Assembly: GCA_963744995.1 (NCBI GenBank)
Contig: CAVUWA010000005.1
Coordinates: 256,001 to 320,000 of the forward strand
Direction of reading: 5' to 3'
From: Candidatus Eiseniibacteriota bacterium
Lineage (GTDB): Bacteria; Eisenbacteria; RBG-16-71-46
Length of the DNA stretch: 64,000 nucleotides
The position numbers were made by a program, and so were the translations under genes. Numbering within the stretch: the stretch's first letter is position 1; the number at the start of each line of letters is the position of its first letter. This document shows positions 1 through 9,949 of this stretch, piece after piece. The notes under the pieces were generated by a model that saw nothing but the letters and a program-made list of their open reading frames with translations, had not been told where the DNA came from and did no database searches.

Positions 1-195
1 GGCGGGATCCGAGCGGACGAAAACGCTGTTGGGCCGCCGGGCCTCGTCGAGGCGGATGGCGGTTCCCGTCTGCACCATGAGGTGCAGCATCGCCTGGTAT
101 TCGGCGGACGATCCGTCGCACCAGTGCACCCGGTCCGGGCCGCACAACTCGGCGACGTCCGACACCCAGGTCTGCAGGATCTTGTGCGTGGTCAT
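1..195 (-). CDS. pckG: Phosphoenolpyruvate carboxykinase (GTP), N-terminal part; runs off the window start
   Basis: Not in the ORF track. Manual translation from ATG at 195 gives MTTHKILQTWVSDVAELCGPDRVHWCDGSSAEYQAMLHLMVQTGTAIRLDEARRPNSVFVRSDPA, matching the PEPCK-GTP N-terminus (WCDGS..E, RPNS..RSDP). AGGAG RBS upstream. Confidence 0.85.
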   Translation of the reverse strand, partial: MTTHKILQTWVSDVAELCGPDRVHWCDGSSAEYQAMLHLMVQTGTAIRLDEARRPNSVFVRSDPA

Positions 196-569
196 GCGAT
201 CTCCTCTATCGGCGGCCCGGCGGGATCATCCGCGGAGGTCCGGAACCGGTGCGCGTTGCGCCGGGGCCGCGCGGTGTTCCCGCACGGGATCTCCGCGGCG
301 AGCCGGGTGGCTTCGCTCGCAGACGTCGCGATGCGCGTGCGTCGTGCGTCGCGACGATCGCGCGGCCGGGCTCAGACGCCCCGAAGGCACGCGCATTCGG
401 ATGGTAGGTGTTCACCGGAGGCCGTTCAAGCCGCGCGGGATGGTCCGAACGTCGACCTCGAGGTGCGCCGCGCCGCGCGTGGCTTGCGTCGCCACGGCAC
501 GTGGCGCATCTTAGGAAACGATCGATCGACCACGGCGTTCCACGCACGATTCCCTGGGAGGTGCTCGGG

Positions 570-1235
570 ATGGCAGCCAGGAAGAGTTCGCGCGCCGCCG
601 GTGCGCGAGGTCGGAAACGTGGCCCGGCGGGCACGAAGCGCAAGGCCGGGCCGAAACGCCGGCCGCAGGCGGGCGTGAAGCGCAAGGCCGCCCGCGGCGC
701 GGTGAAGAAGAAGACGGCGCGCAGGGCCGCCCCGAAGAAGTCCGCGGCGCGGAAGACCGTGAAGAAGTCCGCCCTGAAGAAACCCGCCCGCAAGCGGGCC
801 ACGGCCCGCCGTCCCGCGCCGGGCCCGCGGGCCACGACGCCCGCCCGGGTCGCGAACGGCGTCGGACTCCGGGTTCAGCACATGGACTACACGACCCACG
901 TCCTGGAGGACGTCAAGCGCTTCTACACCGAGACGCTCGGCTTCACCGCGTTCAGCTGGGACCCCGCGATCCCGTATCTGGCCATCCAGACCGGGCCGTC
1001 GTCGTCGCTCGGCTTCGCGCCACCCGTATCCGGGCCGCCCGAAGCGTGGCGGCCGCCACGCGAACCTGCGATCTACCTCGTCGTCGAGGACGTCGACCGG
1101 GCGCATCGCGAGCTGAGCTCGAAGGGCGTCCCTTTCGAGCAGGCCCCGGCGGACATGCCGTGGGGTCACCGGGTCGCCGTCGCGCGTGATCCGGAAGGTC
1201 GCGCCGTTTGTCTGGCGCAGATCCTGCGCGGCTGA
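570..1235 (+). CDS. VOC/glyoxalase family protein with a Lys/Arg/Ala-rich histone H1-like N-terminal extension
   Basis: GGGAGG RBS before ATG 570. C-terminal half has VOC motifs (KRFYTETLGF, IYLVVEDVD, PADMPWGHRVAVARDPEG). The first ~90 aa are basic repeats (KKKTARRAAPKKSAARKTVKK). Confidence 0.8.
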   Translation: MAARKSSRAAGARGRKRGPAGTKRKAGPKRRPQAGVKRKAARGAVKKKTARRAAPKKSAARKTVKKSALKKPARKRATARRPAPGPRATTPARVANGVGLRVQHMDYTTHVLEDVKRFYTETLGFTAFSWDPAIPYLAIQTGPSSSLGFAPPVSGPPEAWRPPREPAIYLVVEDVDRAHRELSSKGVPFEQAPADMPWGHRVAVARDPEGRAVCLAQILRG

Positions 1236-1273
1236 AGCAGCCGGACGTTCACCTCGAGAAACGGAGAACCGCC

Positions 1274-2407
1274 ATGCCGAGCAGAGCGCAGCAGTTGTTC
1301 GACCTGGGCCAGAGCGTATGGCTCGATTTCATCCGTCGCGGGCACATGGCCTCGGGCGAGTTCGACGCGCTGATCCGCGAGGCCGGCGTCATCGGCGTGA
1401 CCTCGAATCCGACCATCTTCCAGCACGCGATCGGCCAGAGCGACGACTACGACACCGGCATCGAGAAGCACATGCGCGACGGTCTCGACGGCCCCGCACT
1501 CCTCGACGCCCTGGTGTTCGAGGACATCCGCTCCGCCTGCGACCGGCTGCTGCCGGCGTTCGAGCGCACCGCAGGCCGTGACGGCCGCGTGAGCATCGAG
1601 GTCAATCCGCATCTCGCCCGCGACACCGAGCGCACGATCACCGAGGGACGGCGGCTGCACGCCGAGGTCGCGCGGCCGAACGTGATGATCAAGGTGCCGG
1701 CGACGCGCGAAGGGCTGCCCGCGATCACGGCGCTCACCGCAGAGGGGGTGTGCGTGAACGTCACGCTGATCTTCTCGCTCGCCCGCTATGCCGAAGTGAT
1801 GGACGCCTACATGAACGGGCTCGAGCAGCGCGCCTCACTCGGCCAGCCGCTCGCCGACATCCACTCGGTGGCGTCGTTCTTCGTCTCGCGCGTGGACAGC
1901 AAGCTGGACAAGGCGCTCGAAGCGCGCCTCCCGTCGGTGGATGCGAAGGCCGGGGAGACCCTGCGGGCCGCGCGCGGCCGCGTGGCCGTGGCCAACGCGC
2001 GTCTCGCCTACCGCGCGTTCCTCGAGACGTTCGGCGCCGCGCGTTTCGGCGCGCTGGCGGCGAAGGGCGCACACCGCCAGCGGCCGCTGTGGGCATCGAC
2101 GAGCACCAAGAACCCCGCCTATCGGGACGTGCTCTACGTGGAGGAGCTGATCGGCGCGGACACCGTGAACACGATGCCACCGAACACCCTCGACGCGTTC
2201 AACGATCACGGCGCGGTCGAGGTCCGTATCGACCGTGACCTCGACGAGGCGGATCGCCTGTTCCGCGAGCTGCCCGGCCTGGGCGTGCCGGTGAACGATC
2301 TCATCGCCGAGCTCGAGCTGGAGGGCGTCGCGGCGTTCGAGAAGTCCTACGATGCGCTGCTGGACACCCTGGCCGGCAAGCGCAAGGCGCTGCTCAAGGC
2401 CCGCTGA
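1274..2407 (+). CDS. tal: Transaldolase
   Basis: GQSVWLD, GVTSNPTIF, VSIEV, NVMIKVPAT, VNVTLIFS, ASFFVSRVD and QRPLWASTSTKNP motifs. GGAG RBS before ATG 1274. Confidence 0.95.
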   Translation: MPSRAQQLFDLGQSVWLDFIRRGHMASGEFDALIREAGVIGVTSNPTIFQHAIGQSDDYDTGIEKHMRDGLDGPALLDALVFEDIRSACDRLLPAFERTAGRDGRVSIEVNPHLARDTERTITEGRRLHAEVARPNVMIKVPATREGLPAITALTAEGVCVNVTLIFSLARYAEVMDAYMNGLEQRASLGQPLADIHSVASFFVSRVDSKLDKALEARLPSVDAKAGETLRAARGRVAVANARLAYRAFLETFGAARFGALAAKGAHRQRPLWASTSTKNPAYRDVLYVEELIGADTVNTMPPNTLDAFNDHGAVEVRIDRDLDEADRLFRELPGLGVPVNDLIAELELEGVAAFEKSYDALLDTLAGKRKALLKAR

Positions 2408-2440
2408 CCTCCCGGCGCCGCCGGTGGCCAGGACGCGTCT

Positions 2441-3445
2441 TCAGGTCCCGAACCAGCGGGCGGCCTGCGCGAGGTCCACGTTGCCGCCCGACAGCACCAC
2501 GGCCACGCGCTGGCCGCGCACCTCGATGCGCTCCGCCAGCAGCGGCGCGAGGCCGAGCACGGCAGTGGGTTCGACCAGCAGCTTCATGCGCTCCCACACG
2601 AAGCGCATGGCCGCGATCAGCTCGGCGTCCTCGGCGACGGTCATCTCGCTCACGCAGCGGCGGATGACGTCGAATGTGAGCTCACCCAGGGATGGCGTGC
2701 GGGCGCCGTCCGCGATCGTCGGCCCACACGGGCGGCGCACCAGCCGTCCCGCCTTGAACGAGTCGCGGCCGTCGGCGCCCGACGCCGGTTCCACGCCGAC
2801 GACCTTCGCGCCCGGGCTCATCATCTCGGCAGCCAGCGCCGATCCCGAGATCAAACCACCGCCGCCCACCGGGACGAACACGCGATCCACGGGGCCGACC
2901 TCTTCGAACAGCTCCATCATCGCGGTCCCCTGCCCCGCGATGATGTCGGGATGGTCGAACGGCGGCACGATCGTCATGCCGCGCTCGCGCGCGAGACGCA
3001 TGGCCATCGCCTCGCGCGTCTCGCCGGTGTCCTCGGGATGCACGATCTCGGCGTCGTAGTCCTCCGTCGCCGCGCGCTTCACGGCGGGCGCGCTGCGCGG
3101 CATCACGATCACCGCGGGCACGCCGGCCTCCCGCGCCGCGAAGGCGACGGCCTGGGCGTGGTTGCCGGACGAGTAGGCGACGACGCCGCGCGCGCGGGCA
3201 GCGCGCTTGAGACGCGAGATCATGTAGGTCGCGCCGCGGATCTTGAACGCGCCGATCTTCTGCAGGTTCTCGCACTTGAAGAACACCCGTGCCCCGAGCA
3301 TGTCGTCCAGGGTGCGCGAGGTCGCGACCGGGGTGCGGTGCACGCGCCCCTCGAGCGCCTCGCGCGCGGCGAGCAGCCGCGTCGGCCACTCGGCGTCCGT
3401 GATCGAGCTCTTTGCGGCGGCCGCGCCCGCACCTTTCTCAGCCAC
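2441..3445 (-). CDS. PLP-dependent threonine/serine dehydratase (serine racemase / hydroxyaspartate ammonia-lyase-like)
   Basis: FKCENLQKIGAFKIRGA (PLP Lys), SSGNHAQA, VPVGGGGLISG, LVEPT and LSGGNVD motifs. Confidence 0.9.
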   Translation of the reverse strand: MAEKGAGAAAAKSSITDAEWPTRLLAAREALEGRVHRTPVATSRTLDDMLGARVFFKCENLQKIGAFKIRGATYMISRLKRAARARGVVAYSSGNHAQAVAFAAREAGVPAVIVMPRSAPAVKRAATEDYDAEIVHPEDTGETREAMAMRLARERGMTIVPPFDHPDIIAGQGTAMMELFEEVGPVDRVFVPVGGGGLISGSALAAEMMSPGAKVVGVEPASGADGRDSFKAGRLVRRPCGPTIADGARTPSLGELTFDVIRRCVSEMTVAEDAELIAAMRFVWERMKLLVEPTAVLGLAPLLAERIEVRGQRVAVVLSGGNVDLAQAARWFGT

Positions 3446-3452
3446 GCGTGGC

Positions 3453-4844
3453 CTACTCCCCCTGCCCCGGCTCGGTCTGCCGGCGCGGATCCAGGGCGTG
3501 CTCGATCTGCTCGCGGGTGAGATCGGTCATCTCGGCCGCGAGCTCGCGCACCGGGCGCCGCTCCTTGAACGAGCGCTTCGCGATCTCCGCCGCCTTGTCG
3601 TAGCCGATCAACGGATTGAGTGCCGTGGCCATGCTCGGCGAGATCTCGATGTAGCCGCGGCAGGTCTCCTCGTTGGCATCGAGGCCGGCGATCGCCTTGT
3701 CGGCGAACACCCGCGCCGCCCGCGCCAGCAGCCGGATGCTCTCGAGCAGATTGCGCACGATCATCGGCAGCATCGTGTTCAGGTCGAGCTGGCCCCACTG
3801 GCCGCCGATGGTGATCGCCAGATGGTTGCCGCTCACCTGCGCGCCCACCATGACCACGGCCTCGCAGATCACGGGATTCACCTTGCCGGGCATGATGCTC
3901 GAGCCCGGCTGGACCGCCGGCAGCGCGATCTCGGCGAGCCCGCAGCGCGGGCCGCTGTTGAGCAGCCGCACGTCGTTCGCGATCTTCATGAGGCTTGCCG
4001 CGATCGTGTTGAGCGCGCCGCTGGCCCACACCGCGCCGTCCTGCGCGCCCTGCGCCTCGAAGTGGTTGCGGGCCTCGCTGAACGAGCTCTGGGTGAGCAG
4101 GCCGATCTCGCGCGCCATGCGCGCGCCGAATTCCGGATGCGTGTTGATGCCGGTACCGACCGCGGTGCCGCCGATCGCCACCTCGCGCAGATCCGGCAGC
4201 ACCGCCTGCATGCGGGCGATGCCGTGTGCGATCTGCGCCGCGTAGCCGCTGAACTCCTGGCCGAGCCGGATCGGCGTGGCGTCCATCAAATGCGTGCGAC
4301 CCGTCTTGATGACGGCATCGAAAGCGCGTGCCTTGTCGTCGAGCGCGATACGCAGATGTTCGAGCGCGGGCAGCAGCTCTCGCTCGATCTCGAGCACGGC
4401 CGATACGTGCAGTGCCGTGGGCACGACGTCGTTGCTGCTCTGCCCCAGGTTGACGTCGTCGTTGGGGTGCACCTTCGCGCCGAGCAGCTCCGCCGCACGG
4501 TGGGCGATGACCTCGTTCGCGTTCATGTTCGAGCTGGTGCCGCTGCCGGTCTGGAACACGTCGATCGGGAACTCCGCGTCCCAGCGGCCCTCCGCCACCT
4601 CCTGCGCCGCCTTCTCGATGGCCTGGGCCTTGTTCTGCTCGAGCAGGCCGAGCGCGCCGTTGACCCGCGCCGCCGCGGCCTTGATCACGCCGAGCGTGTG
4701 GACGAACGCGGGCGGCATCGGCTGCCCCGACACCGGGAAGTTCTCGACGGCGCGCTGGGTCTGCGGACCATAGCGCGCCGTGGCCGGCACCTGCATCTCG
4801 CCGAGGCTGTCCTTCTCGATCCGGTATTCCGTCGTGGTGCTCAT
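3453..4844 (-). CDS. fumC: Class II fumarate hydratase
   Basis: RIEKDSLG, YGPQTQRA, FQTGSGTSSNMNANE, KTGRTHLMDATP and the GSSIMPGKVNP signature. Confidence 0.93.
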   Translation of the reverse strand: MSTTTEYRIEKDSLGEMQVPATARYGPQTQRAVENFPVSGQPMPPAFVHTLGVIKAAAARVNGALGLLEQNKAQAIEKAAQEVAEGRWDAEFPIDVFQTGSGTSSNMNANEVIAHRAAELLGAKVHPNDDVNLGQSSNDVVPTALHVSAVLEIERELLPALEHLRIALDDKARAFDAVIKTGRTHLMDATPIRLGQEFSGYAAQIAHGIARMQAVLPDLREVAIGGTAVGTGINTHPEFGARMAREIGLLTQSSFSEARNHFEAQGAQDGAVWASGALNTIAASLMKIANDVRLLNSGPRCGLAEIALPAVQPGSSIMPGKVNPVICEAVVMVGAQVSGNHLAITIGGQWGQLDLNTMLPMIVRNLLESIRLLARAARVFADKAIAGLDANEETCRGYIEISPSMATALNPLIGYDKAAEIAKRSFKERRPVRELAAEMTDLTREQIEHALDPRRQTEPGQGE

Positions 4845-5059
4845 CGGTGGCTCCGTATGACGGCGGTCGCCGCGGCCGGCCACACCCCGCCCGGGGTGGA
4901 CCTGCCGGCGCCGTACTCCGTTCGCTGGGTCGGACTCCGGCCGGGGCCGGGATCAGACGCATGCGGCGCCCGCGGGCGCGCACGCGTCCTAATCATTACC
5001 ACGCCGCGGCGGGGCGGGCACCCGGGCGGGCGCCGGAGAGGCCGCTGCGGCGGAACGCC

Positions 5060-5491
5060 TCAGGCACGCACGGGCCTGGCCGGCAGAAGCTCGTAGCGGC
5101 TGGTGAGCTTCACCGCCGGCGCCAGCATCGCATGCACCGAACAGTAGCGCGTCTCGCTCAGCTCGATCGCGCGCTCGATGAGCGCCGGGTTCAGGTCCAC
5201 ACCTGTGATCCGGTGCACGATCTCGATCGCGGTGAAGACCTTCGGGTGCTCGTCCGCGCGCTCGGCGTGGAGCAGGACCTCGTACGAGGTCACGTTCTGG
5301 CGCATCTTGCGCAGGACGCTGATGACGTCCATGCCCGTGCAGCCGCCGAGCGCGGCGAGCACCGCCTGCATCGGACTCGCGGCCACCGCGCCGGCGCCGC
5401 TGTCGAGCCGCATCGTACGACCATCCACGTCCGCGCCGAAGCGCAGGCCTTCCTGGATGGTTTCGAGATTCAGTCGAGCCATGTGCCTCAT
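5060..5491 (-). CDS. OsmC-like (YhfA-type) protein
   Basis: SPMQAVLAALGGCTGMDVISVLRKMRQ ... RYCSV (two conserved Cys). Purine-rich RBS before ATG 5491. Confidence 0.88.
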   Translation of the reverse strand: MRHMARLNLETIQEGLRFGADVDGRTMRLDSGAGAVAASPMQAVLAALGGCTGMDVISVLRKMRQNVTSYEVLLHAERADEHPKVFTAIEIVHRITGVDLNPALIERAIELSETRYCSVHAMLAPAVKLTSRYELLPARPVRA

Positions 5492-5612
5492 CGCCGACCC
5501 CCTTTCGTCGTTATTCGATGCTCGCACGGCGCACACCGATGCGGGACTGCCACCAAAGTCCCAACTGCCGGGGGCGGAACCGCGGCGGGCGGCCCCGCGG
5601 GGGTCGCGGCCG

Positions 5613-7022
5613 TCAGGGGCCGGTGCTGGCCGCGCCGAGGCTGCGGAGCTTGTTGTAGCCGTCGAGCGCGGCCACTTTGTAGCACTCGGCCAGCGTCGGG
5701 TAGTTGAAGACACTGCGCACGAAGTAATCCAGCGTGCCGTCGAGCGCCATCACCGCCTGGCCGATATGCACGAGTTCGGTGGCCTGGGTGCCCAGGCACC
5801 ACACGCCGAGAACCCTGCGCGTCTCGAGGTGGAAGATGAGCTTCATCATCCCCTCGAGATCACCCAGGATGTTGCCGCGCGCGATCTCGCGGTAGCGCGC
5901 CACGCCGGTCTCGTAGGGCACGCCCTGCTGGGTGAGCTCCTCCTCGCTGCGCCCGACCCAGGAGATCTCGGGGATCGCATAGATCCCGAACGGGTAGAGT
6001 TCCGGAATCGTGGTCGCCGGCTCGCCGAACGCGTGGCAGGCCGCGAGCCGGCCCTGCTCGCTGCTGGTCGAGGCGAGCGACGGGTAGCCGATCACGTCGC
6101 CGACCGCGTAGATGTGCGGTTGCGAGGTCTGGAAGTGCTCGTTCACGCGGATGCGTCCGCGTTCGTCGGCCTCGAGACCCGCGGCGTCGAGGTGCAGGTG
6201 ATGCGTGGCCCCCTGACGGCCGGCCGAGACCAGCACCAGCTCGGTGGCCAGGCGCTTGCCGCTCTTCATGACGAGGGTCGCGCGGTCCTCCTCGCCGGGC
6301 TCGATCGACCCGACCTCCTCCCCCATCCTGAGCGTGATGCCCATGGTGCGGGCCTGATAGGACAGATGATCGGTGAGTTCGTCGTCCACGAACTCCAGCA
6401 GCTTCGGACGCTTGTCGATCAGCGTCACGTGCACGCCGAGCGTGGCGAACATGGTCGCGTACTCGAGGCCGATGATCCCGGCGCCGACGATCGCCATGTG
6501 GCGCGGCAGGCTGCTCAGGTTCAGCACGTCGTCGCTGGTGATCACCCGGCGGTGGTCGATGTCGATCCCGGGCGGCAGCGCCGGACGCGTGCCGACCGCG
6601 ATCACGATCCGCTCGCCGGAGAGCTCGCGCCGGTCGGAGCCCTCGCTGACCACGACCTCGTGCGGCCCGGCGAAGGCGCCCGAGCCCTCCACGAGGCGGA
6701 TTCCGTTGCGCTGCAGCTGCGCGCGAATCACCTCGCGCTCGCGGCGCATGACGCTCTCGGTGCGCAGCACGAGATCGGCGGCGGTGATGTCGAGCTTCGC
6801 CCGGTACGACTCCCCGTAGAGGATCCGCTGGCGCAACCCGGACAGGTCCAGCACCGCTTCGCGCATCGTCTTGCTCGGCACGGTGCCGCTGTTGATGCAC
6901 ACGCCGCCCACGTCGCGATGGCGCTCCACCACGGCGACGCGCTTGTCGAGCTTGGCGGCCTGGACGGCGGCGCGCTGGCCGGCCGGTCCGCTGCCGATGA
7001 CGATCAGATCAAACGCTTCCAT
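5613..7022 (-). CDS. sthA: Soluble (Si-specific) pyridine nucleotide transhydrogenase
   Basis: GSGPAGQRAA, GGVCINSGTVPSKTMREAV (CxxxxT variant of the disulfide-reductase motif), GIYAIPEI, and the C-terminal FNYPTLAECYKVAALDG typical of SthA. Confidence 0.92.
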   Translation of the reverse strand: MEAFDLIVIGSGPAGQRAAVQAAKLDKRVAVVERHRDVGGVCINSGTVPSKTMREAVLDLSGLRQRILYGESYRAKLDITAADLVLRTESVMRREREVIRAQLQRNGIRLVEGSGAFAGPHEVVVSEGSDRRELSGERIVIAVGTRPALPPGIDIDHRRVITSDDVLNLSSLPRHMAIVGAGIIGLEYATMFATLGVHVTLIDKRPKLLEFVDDELTDHLSYQARTMGITLRMGEEVGSIEPGEEDRATLVMKSGKRLATELVLVSAGRQGATHHLHLDAAGLEADERGRIRVNEHFQTSQPHIYAVGDVIGYPSLASTSSEQGRLAACHAFGEPATTIPELYPFGIYAIPEISWVGRSEEELTQQGVPYETGVARYREIARGNILGDLEGMMKLIFHLETRRVLGVWCLGTQATELVHIGQAVMALDGTLDYFVRSVFNYPTLAECYKVAALDGYNKLRSLGAASTGP

Positions 7023-7049
7023 GCATCCCTCCGGTGCCGTGACCTCGGG

Positions 7050-8417
7050 TCATGACGCGGCCGTGGACTCGCCCGCGCCGCCGCCGGAGCCGCCCTCCGC
7101 AGCGGGCGAACCCAGCGACAGGTCGATTTCCTCGTCGGTCAGCACCTCACGGCGATTCATGATCTGCGACGAGTCGTGTTCGAACATGAGGTGGGTGAGG
7201 TGGTCGATCCCGACTTCCAGCTGCTTCCTCAAACCCACCATCTTGACGAGGTAGGCGGCGGCCCACAAGAGCCAGGCCAGCCGTCCGGAGATGGCGAAGC
7301 CGAACAGGTCGACGACGGAACTGTGCTTGCCCAGCGAGATGATGTAGCCGGCGTCGCGGAAACCGAATGCCGGAATCGTACGGCCGGCCGCTTCGCGCAC
7401 GAGTGCGGCGCCCAGATAGCCGCCCATCGCCACCGCGGTCTGCGAGAGCCGCGGCTGCAGGGTCCCGTCGCCGCGCTCGGATGCGGCGCAGTCGCCGATC
7501 ACGTAGACATGGGCGATCGGCCGCTCGCCCGGATCGAGGGCGTGCAGATGGGCATCCACGCGCACCCGGCCGTCCCGCGCGTGCGCCACCGGCAGGCTGC
7601 AAACGACGTCCGGTGGCCGCACTCCGGCGGTCCACAGGATCGTGAACGCCTCGACCCGCTCGCCCCCCTCGAGATACACGACGCGGGGCTCGACCCGGTC
7701 CACGCGCGCGGACGTCCGGATCTTCACGCCGCGCCGTTCGAGAAAGCGGCGCACGTATGCGGAATGCTCTTCGCGCGCCGTGATCACCAGCCGGTCCGCC
7801 CCTTCGAGCAGGGTCACGGTGATGTGCGAGGCAGTCAGGTGAGGGTAGCGCGGCAGCAGCGTCTCGCGCGCCATCTCGATCAGCTCGGCCGCCACCTCGA
7901 CGCCGGTCACACCGCCGCCCACGATCGCGAACGCCAGGAGCCGGCGACGCTGCGCCTCCGACTCCGCCTGCTCCGCCATCTCGAACAGTTCGACGACCCG
8001 GGCGCGCAGCCGCATGGCGTCGACGATGTTCTTGAACGGCATCGTGTAGCGCTCGGCACCCTGGATGCCGTAGTAGTCCGTGACGCTGCCGAGCGCGACG
8101 ATTAGGGTGTCGAAGCGACTGCGCAGATCGTTGTGCAGGACCACCTCGCGCCGCTCGAGATCGATGTGCTCGACCTTGTTCTTGAAGAAACGGATGTGAC
8201 GGTGCCGCGCCATTTCACGAAGCGGATAGACGATGTGGCGCGTCTCGACGGCGCCCACCGCGACCGCCGGCAGCAGCGGATTGAACTGGAAGAAGTTCTC
8301 CTTGTCGATCAGGAGAGTGTCCCAGTATTCCCGCGCGCCACGGGAGCGGCCGATGGCACGGGCCACGTCGAGCCCGCCGAATCCGCCACCGAGAATCAAC
8401 AGTCGCTTCCCCGCCAT
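7050..8417 (-). CDS. Type II NADH dehydrogenase-like FAD-dependent oxidoreductase
   Basis: Two GxGxxG motifs (ILGGGFGGL, IVGGGVTGVEVAAEL), FNPLLP, LWTAGV, YVIGDCA and SGRLAWLLW. Confidence 0.85.
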   Translation of the reverse strand: MAGKRLLILGGGFGGLDVARAIGRSRGAREYWDTLLIDKENFFQFNPLLPAVAVGAVETRHIVYPLREMARHRHIRFFKNKVEHIDLERREVVLHNDLRSRFDTLIVALGSVTDYYGIQGAERYTMPFKNIVDAMRLRARVVELFEMAEQAESEAQRRRLLAFAIVGGGVTGVEVAAELIEMARETLLPRYPHLTASHITVTLLEGADRLVITAREEHSAYVRRFLERRGVKIRTSARVDRVEPRVVYLEGGERVEAFTILWTAGVRPPDVVCSLPVAHARDGRVRVDAHLHALDPGERPIAHVYVIGDCAASERGDGTLQPRLSQTAVAMGGYLGAALVREAAGRTIPAFGFRDAGYIISLGKHSSVVDLFGFAISGRLAWLLWAAAYLVKMVGLRKQLEVGIDHLTHLMFEHDSSQIMNRREVLTDEEIDLSLGSPAAEGGSGGGAGESTAAS

Positions 8418-8464
8418 GGGCGGCACCATACCACTGCCCCCCGCCTTTGATAGATTGCCGGCGC

Positions 8465-9427
8465 ATGCCCGTGATCTCGGTCCTCGTCCCCGTCTACAAT
8501 GCCGCGCCGTGGCTCGCGGCTTCCCTGGCGTCGCTCCGGCGGCAGAGCGAGCCGGACTTCGAGATCATCGCGGTCGACGACGGGTCCACCGATGGCTCGG
8601 GCGATCTGCTCGAGGTCATCGCCCGGTCCGAGCCGCGGCTGGTGGTCGCGCGCCACCCGCACCGCGGTCTGCCGACGGCCCTGAACGAGGCCTTCGCGCT
8701 GGCGCGCGGCGCGTACGTCGCCCGCCACGATGCGGACGACCTCTCGCATCGTTTACGGCTCGAGCGCCAGCGCGCGATGCTCGATCGAGATCCGCACCTC
8801 GCCGTCGTGGGCAGCCGCCTGCGCATGTTTCCGGCCGCGCAGACCGGCGTCGGCATGCGGCGCTGGGCGCGCTGGCACAACGCACTCCTCAGCCACGACG
8901 CGATCGCCAACGAGATGCTGATCGACAGCCCGCTCGCGCACGGGACGGCGATGATCCGCCGCGCATGGCTCGAGCGGGCGGGCGGCTGGCACGAGCGCGG
9001 CTGGGCCGAGGATCTCGACCTGTGGATCCGGCTGCTGCGCGCCGGGGCGCGCTTCACGAAGCGACCGGAAGTCCTCTACGGCTGGCGCCAGCATCGCGGC
9101 AGCGCGACGCGGCGCGATCCGCGCTACCGGCAACAGCGCTTCGTCGCGCTCAAGCTCGAGGCGCTCGCCCTGGACTTCGTGCGCGACCGTTCCGCGGTCA
9201 CGGTCGTCGGAGTCGGTGAGAGTCTGGTGCGGGCCCGCGAGGCGATCGCCTCGCTCGACGCGCACGTCACGAGCCTCGCGGCGGGACGCCCGTCGGCACC
9301 CATCCTCGCTCGGCTCACCCCGCCGGCGATTCTCGTATTCGTGAGTCCGGCGGCGCGCGCCCGGTGGCGCGAATCGCTACAGGATATGGGCTGGCGTGAA
9401 CGCAGCGACTTCATATTCGTCGCTTAA
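8465..9427 (+). CDS. Glycosyltransferase family 2
   Basis: ISVLVPVYNA, AVDDGSTDGS, ARHDADD and EDLDLWIR motifs. Confidence 0.9.
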   Translation: MPVISVLVPVYNAAPWLAASLASLRRQSEPDFEIIAVDDGSTDGSGDLLEVIARSEPRLVVARHPHRGLPTALNEAFALARGAYVARHDADDLSHRLRLERQRAMLDRDPHLAVVGSRLRMFPAAQTGVGMRRWARWHNALLSHDAIANEMLIDSPLAHGTAMIRRAWLERAGGWHERGWAEDLDLWIRLLRAGARFTKRPEVLYGWRQHRGSATRRDPRYRQQRFVALKLEALALDFVRDRSAVTVVGVGESLVRAREAIASLDAHVTSLAAGRPSAPILARLTPPAILVFVSPAARARWRESLQDMGWRERSDFIFVA

Positions 9428-9552
9428 GTGCAATTCATCCGCAACGGCGCACGGATTCACACGTTCAACCGGTTTGCATTGACCCACCACCGTCCCGCTG
9501 ATAGTCCTCAACTTGCAATTTCGTATTCAGCGGAATTGCGAACATGGAGGCC

Positions 9553-9888
9553 ATGATGGCAGCAAAGAAGAAGCGCAAGCGGTACACCCCCGCGCAGCGT
9601 GCAAAGATTCTGGCCGCGGCACAGAAACAGGGACTCACCGCCGCGCAGGTCCAGAAGCAATTCGGCGTCACACCGGTCACGTACTACTCGTGGCGGAAGA
9701 AGTCGGGCAGCGCCGCGCGCCGCGGGCGCAGGGGCCCCGGCCGTCCCGCCGGCGGCGGACTCGCAACGCAGGTCCGCTCGGAAGTGCAGTCGCGCGTTCG
9801 CGAGATGCTGCCGGGCATCGTGCGGCAGGAAGTGAACAGCTACCTCGATACGCTGTTCGGCTCGCGGCGCGGCGGCAAGCGCGCCTGA
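9553..9888 (+). CDS. Small basic HTH protein (IS3-OrfA / HTH_Tnp_1-like), stand-alone
   Basis: GGAGG RBS. RKRYTPAQRAKILAAAQKQGLTAAQVQKQFGVTPVTYYSWRKK resembles the transposase OrfA HTH. No OrfB nearby. Confidence 0.7.
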   Translation: MMAAKKKRKRYTPAQRAKILAAAQKQGLTAAQVQKQFGVTPVTYYSWRKKSGSAARRGRRGPGRPAGGGLATQVRSEVQSRVREMLPGIVRQEVNSYLDTLFGSRRGGKRA

Positions 9889-9949
9889 TCGTGCGGGGCG
9901 GCGGCCCGGTCGCCGCCGCCCCGTCCGCCGCTTCGGCGCAGCCCTTGCG

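Noticed and set aside
29..835. ORFs 29-514, 82-678 and 206-835
   Set aside because: No motifs; they overlap pckG or the VOC gene and look like GC-rich spurious frames.
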